A stretch of 64,000 nucleotides of DNA, taken from NCBI GenBank assembly GCA_038496445.1, contig JALMLS010000369.1, positions 130,327 to 194,326 on the forward strand, in the 5' to 3' direction. The translations under genes and the position numbers were made by a program. Source of the stretch: Trichosphaerium sp. ATCC 40318. Lineage: Eukaryota > Protista > Tubulinea. The notes under the pieces are model-generated. The model had not been told where the DNA came from. It was given only the letters and a program-made list of their open reading frames with translations, and did no database searches. Positions 40,701-53,141 of the stretch are shown here, in pieces. Numbering within the stretch: the first letter of the stretch is position 1; every line of letters begins with the position of its first letter.

Positions 40701-41754
40701 CTTGATATTTGGCAAACAACTTGGTTTGTTTTAAAAAGAATGTATATGCGCTTAAACTATTTTTTAGGTGAGGGCAGTTTTGGGACCGTTATGCAAGCCG
40801 AGTACAAAGGAAAGAATGTTGCTGTCAAGATATCAAGCCTTGGCGCTGAAGAGAATCAGAATTTTTTAAGAGAGGTTAGTGAGACTTTGTTATGCCATTA
40901 ACTATTGTTCACAGGTTGAAGTAAATATGAGTCTTGATCCTCATCCAAATATTGTTGGCACTTTTGGACTTTGTTTCCTGGATGGAAAACCAATGTTGGT
41001 ATTGGAGTTTATGGCAAATGGATCGCTGGAAGAATTGTATAACACAAAGGAAGATGACTTTACATTCAATGAAATCAAAACGTTTTTAAGTTCAATTGCA
41101 GAAGGGATGACTTTTCTTCATAAAAATAAGATCATTCATCGGTACGTTTAGGTTGCTTATTGATTGGGTTAATGACATTGATTTAGGGATCTTGCATGCA
41201 GAAATATCTTGGTAGACAATTCCAATTAACCAACAAAACTGACCTTGTGTTTCTAGATATCAGAAGATAACGTTCTCAAGATAAGTGATTTTGGAATGTC
41301 AAGGTAAATATTCCGAAGGTAAATATTAGCATTGTCACTAATTTGGTTCAGAAAATCAGCAATCTCAGGAAAAGCACAAGAGACGAAGAACGGTATTGGA
41401 CCAATTCGATGGATGAGTCCAGAGTCCATGCGAAAGTTGTATGAACCTAAAAGTGATGTAAGTCCAAACGCACTTCCAACAATATTGTTAATGGTTTCGC
41501 AGGTTTGGTCATTTGGAATGGTGATGTATGAGCTCATTTACAGGACAATTCCTTTTGGAGAAGTAGATGATTTGTTCGATCTTGCTGTTCGTATCAGAGA
41601 TAAAGGATATACACCTGAATTGGATGATCGTGTTCATCAGCAATGGAAGAGTATCATGGATAACTGCTGGGCATTTTCTTCTTCTGATAGACCAACTTTC
41701 AATAAGTTAAAAACATCCATTAGTAACGCAACTCAGTTCGTAACTAATGAGTAG
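37741..41754 (+). CDS. Receptor tyrosine-kinase-like protein RTK-2 (same architecture as RTK-1)
   Basis: Signal peptide, FVVVDASQNV vWA strand, Cys repeats, PT stalk, TM IVVACVVVFLLLFVVVGLFIC, GEGSFG, HRDLACRN and GPIRWMSPES. Confidence 0.9.
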
Positions 41755-41836
41755 CTTTAACCTGTGGCAGAATAGTACTTTTACTTTTCTTTTGCTAAGG
41801 TACTGTACCTTGTTGCTTATGTTGTAACAGCCCTTA

Positions 41837-44455
41837 ATGAGCATCACGTGGTACTTGTATGTACTCACTATCGTGTTACTTTTCCCTCAAACGCTTCAGC
41901 AACGTTATGTAAATAAAATATCAAAATCAGTGCGAGTATGTTGCCTGTAGCCTTACTACGCTTAAATAACGATAAAAATAGGGATTTAAAGAGTCACAAG
42001 CTCTAAGTATATACAGCGCTTCTGAAAATCCGCTAGCAGTGCCTCAAGATGTTTTCTCGGCGATGTATGAAGACAATATAGCGTTATGGGGAGATATGCC
42101 AAAGAAAGACGCTTACGTTAATTATATGCGAACACAAACTGGAAATGTTGATAGCGCGAGGTAACTAATCACGTGACATATCAAAAAAAATTTTGAGAAT
42201 TCCACGTGTAACGAAAAGGTTAAAAATTTTTTTAGGTTGCTTTTGGAATTCGGCATGGTTCCTTCTGTGAAAGCTTCGCAGTCTCCACTGCATGTTGCCA
42301 TTGCAAAGGAGAGTGTTGACACTGTTGAAGAAATCCTTGAACAAAGTACGTGTTTGCAAAATTCACGTGATTAATTGTTATTCGAAGGCACAAGTGTAGT
42401 TGTTATAGATCAAGCGGAGGATGATGGTGTAACGCCGTTAATATCAGCTGTTATGGTTGGCAACGTTGAGGTTGTCAAATTACTGCTTGGAGAGGTTCGT
42501 CAAATCCCTTGAGGATACGTTTGTTTTAATTTAACTGTAGGGTTCAGATACAGAAGCAACTGCAAGAAATGGTATGAACCCTTTATTAGTTGCAGCGTCT
42601 ATGAATCATGTTGAAGTTATAGAAGCACTTCTAGGTACTAGCCCACATAACATTATAGTTATTTAATCCAAATGTAGACTATGGCGCGTATATTGATGCA
42701 AGGCATTCATTTGCTGGATCTCACGCTCTTCACTTCGCTGCAGAAATGGATTGTGCTGAAGGTATTAGTAACATTAGCTTATATTCAATGTTGTTTCTTA
42801 CATTTAGCCAGCAATTAAAGTGCTTTGCGAAAGGGGAGCAGACGTTGAAGCTGAGAAAATTCATGGAGGCACAGCTCTTCATATTGCAGCTGAATCGAAT
42901 CACCCTAAGGTTGTAAAAGAATTAATCACAACATGTAAGGCGGATACAGAGAAAAAGCTATTGAATGACACAACACGTACGCTCAAACAAGATCTCTACC
43001 TCAATCTTACAACAAAAAAGCATTGTATCTTGCAGCTTCAAAAGGAAATGTTGAGGTTGTAAAAATCCTCTTAGAACATCAAGCTAATACCGACTTTGTC
43101 ATGCCAGTTGGTACTACTCTTGTAAAACTGAATGGTTTTAATGATATTCGATTCAGGTGTAATGTCACGTGCTGTTACTGCTCCGAAAGAAAAGGCTAAA
43201 AAAAATAGCATGGAAGAGTACTTTGCTTCACTTCATAACCCAGGTTCTAGTCCTTCCAGTAACAGTTTTGAAGCTGGTAATGGCGCTACTGCACTTCACG
43301 CAGCAGTTGAGAATGGTCATATAAAGGTAGTGAAGTTACTGCTTGATCATGGCGCACGGCAGTTACAGTCTATGGAAGGTACAGCCAATTAAAAATCTAT
43401 TATTCTGATCTTCTAACATAGGAGCGACTCCACTTCATATCGCTGCACAGTATAATAGGCCAAAAATTGCAAAACTGTTGATTAATAGTGGTGCCCAACT
43501 AAATGCACAGAGTACTCGAGATGGATCAACTGCGATACATATGGCTATGAGATCAAGCAAGGCACTCGTTGTATTTCTTGGTTTTTTCTGATTGTCTTTA
43601 CTAGAGTGTTTTGAAAGTACTATTAGATTCTGGAGCGGAGGTGTCTGTCCCAACGTTTGAAGGAGTTACAGCGCTTCACATGGCATTACATAGATCGCAG
43701 GATCAATTGGCGATAAAGTTTATTAAAGCTGGGGCAAACTTGAATGCAATGACATTACAAGGATACACTCCCCTTCATCTTGCTGTTGAAAGATCCGATC
43801 CTGGATTGGTTAAAATGATGCTTTCAAAAGGAGCAGACACTGAAAAGGTAAAGAAAAGCTTAGAATAACAAAGCAAAGAAGTGAAGACTTCGAATTCATC
43901 TCTCATAGTATTGTCTACTAACTTTAAGTCAGAAAACAGAGCAAGGCTTAACGCCTTTGATAATGGCAGTACGATCTAATAATCCAAAAACTTTGTTAGT
44001 ATTGCTCAAGCACGGTGCCAACACCGAAACAAAAATTGGTATGAAAGCAACAGCACTTCATCTTGCTGTTCAAAAGAAATATGAGAGTATTGTAAGATTG
44101 CTTGTTAAGTACAATGCAAACATTAATGCGAGATTGACAACTGGCCAAACACCTCTTTTCATTGCTTCAGAAGATGGATTAGTTAATGTCGTCAAGTTGC
44201 TTTTGAAGAAGGGAGTGCGAGCTATAGATGTAAGAAATTCAGCAGGGCTGACGCCATATATGATGGCAGTAGCAAACCGTACGCTTAGAGGTGAAATAAC
44301 ACGTGTACACTTACAATATTTCAGGTCATTTTGAAGTTGCTGATCTCTTACTTAAAGCTGGTGCTGATAGAAATGCAGTGGATAAAAAGGGACGAAGCAT
44401 TGAAGAATTAATAATGCGAAAAAACATAGTGAAGCGCAATAGTGTCAAAACCTAA
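41837..44455 (+). CDS. Ankyrin-repeat protein with predicted signal peptide (copy 1)
   Basis: More than 10 G.T(A/P)LH.A repeats. First exon MSITWYLYVLTIVLLFPQTLQ splices in frame. Confidence 0.85.
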
Positions 44456-44499
44456 TAATCTATTTACTGTTCACATTTTTGTGGTTTGTTATCTTTTTT

Positions 44500-46729
44500 C
44501 TATCTCCACAATAGTTCTATGGCGAGCACACAAACCAATAAAATAAAATGTACACCTAGAGCTGTTAAATACATTACGTTATATACACGTACCAACAGTC
44601 GAACAAGAAGACGGTGGACCTTTTGTTGGCGCGGTAGTAGATATCGGCGGTACAGTCATCGGTGACATAGTAGCAGGTGAAAGCGTTGTTGGAGATACAG
44701 TATTTTGAGAACCAGTTGGAGGTATTGTACCTACACATGTGTAAATAAACCATAGGTGTTGAAAGACGTACAATTTAAGCTCAATGGGAAGATATCATTT
44801 TGTGGAAAGTAACATCCTTCGTCTGGACTTCGACATTCGTTTGCTGTACACGAATTTGTGTCGTCGCATCTAGCATTCTGACATGTACATTCTTGATTGC
44901 AAGTGCATTCTGCTTTGCATGCTGGGCCACACAAACTTCGTACTTCTGTTCCTGTGTAGTGTTAACCAAACGGTGAATGGTATTTTTCGTTACCTTGACA
45001 TAATTCACTTTTAAAGGCCCGTAAAACACTTGATATAATGCTAATACGTGCAATGTTAATGTTGAAAGAAAATGGTAACACTTTATTAATTCCAATTCCG
45101 ATTGTCAGTGAGTAAAGTGCAAATCCCTATTTTTTCTCAATAAATAAAATTGTGTTGCTTTGATACCTCAGATTCGAGAGTGTTTGTGATATTGTCATTT
45201 GAATCAAAACCATCACATTTGGAACCACGATATTGATTGACAATCATCACTTTTTTATTTCGTCCATTTCTACCATATTTATCGAAATGATCACGTGCAA
45301 CCGAAAGACCTTGAAATACAAATATTAGATTCAACAACTCCGGTGAAATAACAAATCTACCTGTTGTAACATCATCACATCCTCCCAGTAAGTTGATAGT
45401 ACGAATGTTGTTGAGTTGTTCAAGAAAGTAAGATTTGGAGTGGCTCCCCAAAGGCAATACAACTTGAGCTGTATCTCGATACAACGTGATACCAGTACGA
45501 TATCCATACTCTCCAAGTTTGAGTGGAGTGATCACATCAATCATAAATTGAAAGTACAAGTCCCAGTTTAAGTGTGTGCAACACTCTTCGAGTGATGATC
45601 TATTGAAATAACCATATCCACCGCTAGGCCCTTGACTACACTCGGATGCTAATGTATTTTTGTTAAGTAACAAATAAATAAGGCTCTATTTATACCTGCT
45701 GTACCACACGTCAAAGTGTGTAAGACATTTTGAGAAGCACCAACAACTACAAAGCGTAAACACACTTGTGGAGATGAATAAGTTAAAAGTTGTAAGAACT
45801 GACCAAACATCAAATCTGTTGTATCAATGCAAAGGGCATCAGTACAATTATCCATTACTGGAAAGTTGCTGGATGTTGGACTCCCAATATCAACAATAAC
45901 ATCATCTGAAAATACAATCCTATTTTCAAAAAATGAGTGACAACGAGACTAACACTTTATAATGCAATACGCTTCTCCTTACCTGGCTAGTTCCGTTGTT
46001 CCTTCAATGTAGTATAACTCTACAACATCTAAAAATGTACCAAATACACTTAGATCCCGTTCTCTTTGGAACCGAGTCCTTTAATAAGCAACAATTAGCA
46101 TCACAATAATCCAAAATACCAAACTGTTGTACGTATTTACAACAATGTGAGAAGGTAATGTTGATCGATGCTTGATTGTCACGTGGTGCGTTTCTTCTTT
46201 GTCAAGCCATGACATGGCATCAAATGGGTTCTCACTCAGACCGATATTGTCTTTCACTCGTCTGAGGCATTGAGTTTCGCATACTGTGTACTGTACAAGC
46301 GACCTCTAAGAACGATTAAAATAGAAGTTGTAATAAATAGTCGACATGCCGAAGAAGATGACCAGTTTTCTCCAAAGTACTTCTCAGTACTTTCTCTATT
46401 GAAGTAGACGTCTGCAGTTTCGATAGTATCATTTTGACTAAACACGTGATACCCAAAAGATCCATATTGTACAGCCTTGAAAGCACGTGTCAGTTGGTCA
46501 ACGTTTAATGGATATTTAAAGCGCGCCGTAAAACTGTACGTACAATACTTGTATTTTTTCCATACATAACGGCTTCTGTGTCAAGATCATAGCTTGATGC
46601 GTCTACCATAAACTGTAACAAGACTGACAATATTATTATTTGTAAGGCACCTAATCAGCGGTATGTTATACTCAACATGGATACAATCGTGGTTGTTCTA
46701 CTTATACACAACGTACGTATCGAATACAT
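44500..46729 (-). CDS. Kinase-less vWA/Cys-rich surface protein, short form (copy 1)
   Basis: Signal MYSIRALQIIILSVLLQFMVDA, the same vWA core as the RTKs, one Cys repeat, a PT stalk and a short hydrophobic tail. The last-exon frame is uncertain. Confidence 0.75.
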
Positions 46730-46745
46730 GTGAACAATCTTTTTT

Positions 46746-47381
46746 ATGAATGAAGATGTGGAACATTTCAAGCGTTTGGTTGGACTGAACAAGACTGTCA
46801 ATATCGAAGGACACAATAGGCAACAACAACAACAATGGCGAGTAGCAATCAAAACAACAACAGCAATGCAAAAAGACTTAAAGTGGTGGCATGATATGAT
46901 GGACCTATGGAATGGTAAGGCAATTTTACTATGTCCATTACCATTATCAAAAGGTTTGTTTCAAACAGACGCTTCAAACATAGCAGCAGGCGCGTTTTTA
47001 AATGGTTCATGGCTTATCCATGTCTTTACAAAAGAAGAAAAAAAATGGCATATCAATGTTAAGGAGATGTATGCGGTGTGGATGGCAATAAAAGAATGGA
47101 AACACTTATTTGCCAATAAACTTATCAACAATTTATTAGTGGATAATACAGGAGTAGTTGCATCAGTCAACAGACTGGTAATGCGCAATTCCAGAGCTAT
47201 GAAGATGATATACGATCTGCATAAATGGTCGGCAGCATTCGGATTCCGGCTTACTGCAACTTGGATTCCCTCAGAAGAAAATACCCTTGCTGACGCTTTA
47301 AGTAGACTGCAAACACAACAATTTTATACCAAAGCAAATCAATTAGGCTTTTTTAATGTAACAGGACGTTTTATTAAATAA
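46746..47381 (+). CDS. DIRS-type RNase H fragment (RT core deleted)
   Basis: DLKWW, QTDAS, HINVKEMYAV, VDNTGVV and WIPSEENTLADALSR. Confidence 0.85.
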   Translation: MNEDVEHFKRLVGLNKTVNIEGHNRQQQQQWRVAIKTTTAMQKDLKWWHDMMDLWNGKAILLCPLPLSKGLFQTDASNIAAGAFLNGSWLIHVFTKEEKKWHINVKEMYAVWMAIKEWKHLFANKLINNLLVDNTGVVASVNRLVMRNSRAMKMIYDLHKWSAAFGFRLTATWIPSEENTLADALSRLQTQQFYTKANQLGFFNVTGRFIK

Positions 47382-47468
47382 ATTTATTTAGAATTCTTAA
47401 CAGAAGTACAAAACAAACGTATTAGAATCCTGCGAGAGGCCTATCCCAGAAGTACAAGCAATAATAGA

Positions 47469-48449
47469 ATGTCAGCTATAAAAGCAGTAGTTATTGCACT
47501 GCTCAAGCTCAATATTCCACAAAGTCAATGGATGCCTTTGAGCTCTCAACACATGCAACTGGTAGTAGCATTGTGGGCAAAAGAATCAGCAGAGGAAGAG
47601 GGGTTAAAGCCTGACACTATCCGCGTATACTTCTCACATTGGGCATGGCTTTCGAAAAGATTAGGTTATGCTGACCCAAGAGAAAATTGTGTATTATATC
47701 ATGATATGTTAAGAGGCCTTAAAAGGAAGGTAGGAGATAGAGTAGACAGAAAACGACCTATGACAGCAGTGATGTTATTGAACATAAGAAAAAAAGTGGA
47801 TTTGCGACAAAACAAGGATCTGGTTTATTGGACAGCAGCATTAATGGCATTTTGGGGAATGCTAAGGATAGGTAACTTGGTTCCTCGTAAAGTAGCAGAA
47901 TTTAGTGTCGATAGACACGTATCAAGGTCCAACATAGAGTTTGACGGTGATACTTGGTGGTTTACACTTAGACAAACAAAAACAATTCGATTCCGTGAGA
48001 GAAAACACGTAATACCGTTTCTGGATATGGAAGGTCACCCTTTATGCCCTACAACAGCGATAAACAGACTAATTAAACAGGTCAAACCCATACAAGGAAA
48101 ATCCCTGTTTAGACACAAGAACAACGGAAGATGGTCACAAATAACATACTCTAAATTTGTAAAATGGACCAAACTAATGGTTTCAAAGATGGTAAATAAT
48201 ACTAAAGAATATGCTGGACACTCATACAGGCGTGGCGGAGCAACACATGCAGCTGCAGCAGGAGTTCCTAATGAATGGATAAAATATATTGGCGATTGGA
48301 GCTCAGATGCATATCAAATATACATTGTAAAAAACAAAGAAGACAGATTAATAGCACCAAAATTAATGTTTCAATGGCTTAAACATGGCCTTGATCATAC
48401 AGATCGCGCTGGGGAGGATGGTCAACCTCAACCATGGCTAGAGGATTGA
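47469..48449 (+). CDS. Tyrosine recombinase of the YR retrotransposon
   Basis: FWGMLRIGNL, TKT, LCP, GHSYRRGGAT and GDWSSDAYQIY; catalytic residues present, no introns. Confidence 0.92.
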   Translation: MSAIKAVVIALLKLNIPQSQWMPLSSQHMQLVVALWAKESAEEEGLKPDTIRVYFSHWAWLSKRLGYADPRENCVLYHDMLRGLKRKVGDRVDRKRPMTAVMLLNIRKKVDLRQNKDLVYWTAALMAFWGMLRIGNLVPRKVAEFSVDRHVSRSNIEFDGDTWWFTLRQTKTIRFRERKHVIPFLDMEGHPLCPTTAINRLIKQVKPIQGKSLFRHKNNGRWSQITYSKFVKWTKLMVSKMVNNTKEYAGHSYRRGGATHAAAAGVPNEWIKYIGDWSSDAYQIYIVKNKEDRLIAPKLMFQWLKHGLDHTDRAGEDGQPQPWLED

Positions 48450-49262
48450 CGTGGGTAGAATAAATCCGCTCGTGTGGCTACGCTAGAGCCACCAAAGACT
48501 GAGCGTCTTTCCTCCCAAGCGCGTCTCCCTTATATTGACAACGTTGTCCAATCTAATGAATGAAGATGTGGAACATTTCAAGCGTTTGGTTGGACTGAAC
48601 AAGACTGTCAATATCGAAGGACACAATAGGCAACAACAACAACAATGGCGAGTAGCAATCAAAACATCCCCTCACCCTCCCTAAAATCCTTTTCTTTTTC
48701 TTGTAAAAATTTTTTCTTTATTTTTCCTTCAAACACATTTGCAATTCACACGAGTGTTCTTAAATGTAGAATAAATCCGCTCGTGTGGCTACGCTAGAGC
48801 CACCAAAGACTGAGCGTCTTTCCTCCCAAGCGCGTCTCCCTTATATTGACAACGTTGTCCAATCTAATTGCAAGTTTTGCAGGGTACACAAAAAATACTG
48901 CAAAAAAAATGCAAATCTGAGTAAAAAGATGCTTTCAAACCTTGCTCGCTTTATATATCTATTTAATTATCGATTCAAAATAATTTGAATGCGGATTGGT
49001 GTGTACTAAAATGTCGAAAAAATGTCAAAGTGATATTGAACTGTTCGCCACAAAGGGAGACAACTGGGTTATGGCGCTCAGTCGCCGCTAGGCTCTGCCC
49101 CCCCCAAACCCCCCCTGAAAGGGGGGCTTTCTAAATAGTTCCTATGGCATAATATAGGATAATTAGTGTGCCGAATTTTCGACTTTTTTTTGACAAAGTT
49201 CTACATATTTGGGTTTCCCTGCGGATTAAGTCACCAAAACTAGGGGAAAAAACGGTTTGTTC

Positions 49263-49599
49263 TAGTACTGTTAACGGTCCGACTCAACTCAACTCGACTT
49301 TTTTTGAGAAAACGGTCTGAGTCGACTCAAAAAAAAATCATCTGAAGGTATCTACATCATTTTTTTTCTGGAGTTTCACTGTCACAAGCATCCATGTGTG
49401 GCCACACACCTGATTTGGTGGAATACACCCTTTTAGCCATCAATCAGACACTGTGTGATTGCAACAATACGAGAAAAAGAACTTAAAACCAGGTTTTTAC
49501 AATTTAGATGTGTTTTTTTAAGTCGACTCAACTCAGTCCGACTCGACTTTTTGTAAAATCAGTCCGACTCGACTTAAGACTGAGTCATTAACAGTACTA
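49263..49599. mobile_element. hAT-like MITE
   Basis: 12-bp TIR TAGTACTGTTAA/TTAACAGTACTA, near-perfect 8-bp TSD GTTTGTTC/GATTGTTC, and many subterminal GACTC(A/G)AC repeats. Confidence 0.75.
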
Positions 49600-49783
49600 G
49601 ATTGTTCGTTCAATCTACTCAAGTTGGAAGATGGTTTATTAATACTTTAGGAGAGGAGTGAGAACAATGAATGTAAAATTGCTAGGCTGACGCCATACCA
49701 GTAGCAAATAACATGCACACTAGTTCTTGAAGTTGTTCATCACCACGATATTTTTTATTTACTGTAAACATTTTATTGTTTTC

Positions 49784-52700
49784 TTATCTCCATAATAGTT
49801 CTATTGCAAGTGCACTAATCGCTATAATAACATGCATTTCTAAATCTGTTACTAAGGGTGTACTGTTAGAAACACGTACCAATAGCTGAACAAGACGATC
49901 GTGGACCATTCGTTGGTGCCGTAGTAGGTGTTGGCTGTACAGTGATAGGTGGTATAGTATCTGGAGAAATAGTTGTAGGGGTTGTAGGTATTGTTGTAGG
50001 CGCAAGAGTTGTTGGAGGCATTGTAGTTGGTACTAGAGGCAATATAGGCTCGAAACAACTTGGATCAGGTTCATAGATGCATTCTGGATTGTAGAAAGTT
50101 TGATTTGGAGCTTCAGGAATTTGAAATGGAGCCAAGTGCCAACTTGTTAGACTTGAATCATATATCATACACGGAGGTGTCCGTGATGAGCAAATCTAAA
50201 AATTCTTAACCTTTTTTTTACAAGAAAATTCACGAATGACGTACATCTGAGAGTTGAACAGATACACAACCAAAAACAAATTCTTTGCTAGGATCACAAT
50301 ATTGTAAGACAAAGGAGTCTCCTTCTTCACAAATAAATGCAGGTGATCCAGGAACTCTTTTTTCGGTAATACACGTGCCAGTTGTAACATCGCAGTAAGA
50401 TATGTTGCATAAATCAGAAGATACACAATCAGGGGAGCATGGTATTTCGGTATTGGGAATACACTCTTCTCCATTCTCATAGAAACATTGCAACGGCGCT
50501 AAAATTTTCAGATAGTAGAAAGTAAGTTGAAACATACGGGCTCTACAAAATGTTCTAGCAGAAGCGTTTGTTCTTTCAGGATTGCAAAAAGAAGGTGAAC
50601 CGCCTGCGCATGATTGTTAAAAAACCACAGGGTTGCAAAGACGTACAATGTACGCTTATTGGAATAACAATGTTTGGGAAAATTTCATTTGGTGGGTAAT
50701 GACATCCTTCGTCTGGACTTCGGCATTTGTTTGCTGTACAAGGGTTTGCATCATCGCATCCGGCATTATAACATGTACATTCTTGATTGCACGTGCATTC
50801 TGCTTTGCATGATGAGCCACACAAACTTCGTACTTCTAAACAAGGTATTTGCTAAAGGTGAATGATATTCTTTGTTACCTTGACACAATTCACTTTTAAA
50901 GGCCCGCAGAACACTTGATATAGTGCCAATGCCTGCGATTCCGATGTTGAAAGAAATTGGTAACACTTCAGCAGATGTTCCGATTGTCAGCGAGTAAAGT
51001 GCAAATCCCTATTTTTTCTCAATAAATAATATTGTGTTGGTTTGGATACCTCAGATTCGAGAGTGTTTGTAATACTGTTATTAGGATCAAATTCACCACA
51101 TTTGGGACCACGATATTGATTGACAATCATCACTTTTTTATTTCGTCCATTTCTACCATATGTATTGAAATGATCACGAGCAACCGAAAGACCTTGAAAT
51201 ACAAATATTAGATTCAACAACTCCGGTGAAATAACAAATCTACCTGTTGTAACATCATCACATCCTCCCAGTAAGTTGATAGTACGAATGTTGTTGAGTT
51301 GTTCAAGAAAGTAAGATTTGGAGTGGCTCCCCAAAGGCAATACAACTTGAGCTGTATCTCGATACAACGTGATACCAGTACGATATCCATACTCTCCAAG
51401 TTTGAGTGGAGTGATCACATCAATCATAAATTGAAAGTACAAGTCCCAGTTTAAGTGCGTGCAACACTCTTCGAATGATGCTCTGTTGAAAGAACCATAT
51501 CCACCGCTAGGTCCTTGAAGACACTCACGTGCTATTTTATTTCATTTAAGGGGGCACGCTGAGATGTGCAGAAATTGTTCAAATCGGCTCAAATTTTCGT
51601 GCCTATATCTTTGACATGAGGGCTTTTGAAAAACCCAACTTTTAGCGTGTGCCTTTTTGTGACGTTTTTTTGTTGCAAAAGTTTTTTTTTTCAAAAAACG
51701 ACTGCATTTTTTCAATCTTTCTGTTTAAAAGCACATTTGTTCAAAACTACGTTACCCATAGCATCTACACACGTAGTACATGCTATGGGTACACTTTCAA
51801 TAAAAAGTCTCAATTTGAAAGCAAAAAAAATAACGAATTTGCTCTACACCACCTAAAATGCGTCTCCAAGTGGTGAAATAGCGGACGAATAGCTTTAAAA
51901 GTTGTTTCAAATCCGTGTAATTAAGGTCAAAAAGTTGAGAAAAAAAATGACATTTCGGGCTTTGAACTCAAGTAATCAATCTACACAGTTCGCTATCCTA
52001 TTTTTTCAGCGTTTTACGCGATTTTAGATGGGTTTAAAGCCCGAAGATGCCCGTGGGGCTAAGGTCATTTCATTCTCAGCGTGCCCCTTAAGTAACAAAT
52101 AAATAAGGCTCTATTTATACCTGCTGTACCACACGTCCAAGTGTGTAAGACATTTTGAGAGGCACCAACAACTACAAAGCGTAAACACACTTGTGGAGAT
52201 GAATAAGTTAAAAGTTGTAAGAACTGACCAAACATCAAATCTGTTGTATCAACGCAAAGGGCATCAGTACAATTATCCATTACTGGAAGGTTGCTGGATG
52301 TTGGACTCCCAATATCAACAATAACATCATCAGAAAATACAATCCTATTTAAAAAAGTGAATCACGTTACATTTAGCTTCTCCTTACCTGGCTAGTTCCG
52401 TTGTTCCTTCAATGTAGTACAACTCTACAACATCTAAAAATGTACCAAACACACTTAGATCCTGTTTTCTTTGGAACCGAGTCCTTTAATAAGCAACAAT
52501 TAGCATCACAATAATCCAAAATACCAAACTGTTGTACGTGTTTAAAAACATGTGAGAAGGTAATGTTGATCGATGCTTGATTGTCACGTGGTGCGTTTCT
52601 TCTTTGTCAAGCCATGACATGGCATCAAATGGGTTCTCACTCAGACCGATATTGTCTTTCACTCGTCTGAGGCATTGAGTTTCGCATACTGTGTACTGTA

Positions 52701-53141
52701 CAAGTGACCTCTACTAACGATTAAAATAGAAGTTGTAACATAAATTAATAGTCAACATGCCGAAGAAGATGACCAGTTTTCTCCAAAGTACTTCTCAGTA
52801 CTTTCTCTATTGAAGTAGACGTCTGCAGTTTCGATAATGTCATTTTGACTAAACACGTAATAGCCAAAAGATCCATATTGTACAGCCTTGAAAGCACGTG
52901 TCAGTTGGTCAACGTTTAATGGATATTTAAAGTGCACCCGTAAAACTGTACGTACAATACTTGTATTTTTTCCATACATAACGGCTTCTGTGTCAAGATC
53001 ATAGCTTGATGCGTCTACCATGAACTGTAACAGGACTGACAATATTATTATTTGTAAGGCACCTAATCAGCGGTATGTTATACTCAACATGGGTACAATC
53101 GTGGATGTTCTACTTATACACAACGTACGTATCGAATACAT
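49784..53141 (-). CDS. Kinase-less vWA/Cys-rich surface protein, long form, probable GPI anchor
   Basis: Signal peptide, vWA, two Cys blocks, WHLAPFQIPEAPNQTFYNPEC, PT stalk, and C-terminal SSCSAIVTDLEMHVIIAISALAIELLWR*. Confidence 0.8.
51550..52088. mobile_element. MITE (PIF/Harbinger- or Kolobok-like) in an intron
   Basis: TIR GGGGCACGCTGAGA/TCTCAGCGTGCCCC flanked by (T)TAA. Absent from the paralogous intron at ~45663 and ~61715. Confidence 0.85.

Larger units (their letters stand above)
46746..48868 (+). mobile_element. Internally deleted tyrosine-recombinase retrotransposon with split direct repeats (Ngaro/PAT-like)
   Basis: Order is A1(46746-46856), RNase H, YR, B1(48455-48557), A2(48556-48666), spacer, B2(48766-48868). 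The empty site is visible in paralogs at ~53158 and ~62799. Confidence 0.9.

Noticed and set aside
40760-44455. Kinase plus ankyrin genes near the OAS-like gene as a split RNase L
   Set aside because: They are separate genes in the wrong order, there is no KEN/RNase domain, the kinase is a receptor, and the ankyrin protein appears secreted.
47469-48449. Tyrosine recombinase as a dedicated shufflon invertase for the vWA cluster
   Set aside because: It sits in a recent retroelement with identical repeats that is absent from the second cluster copy, and I saw no short recombination sites at the swap points.
48455-48868. Repeats as a CRISPR array or LTRs
   Set aside because: There are only two copies each of >100-bp units, arranged in split-direct-repeat order.
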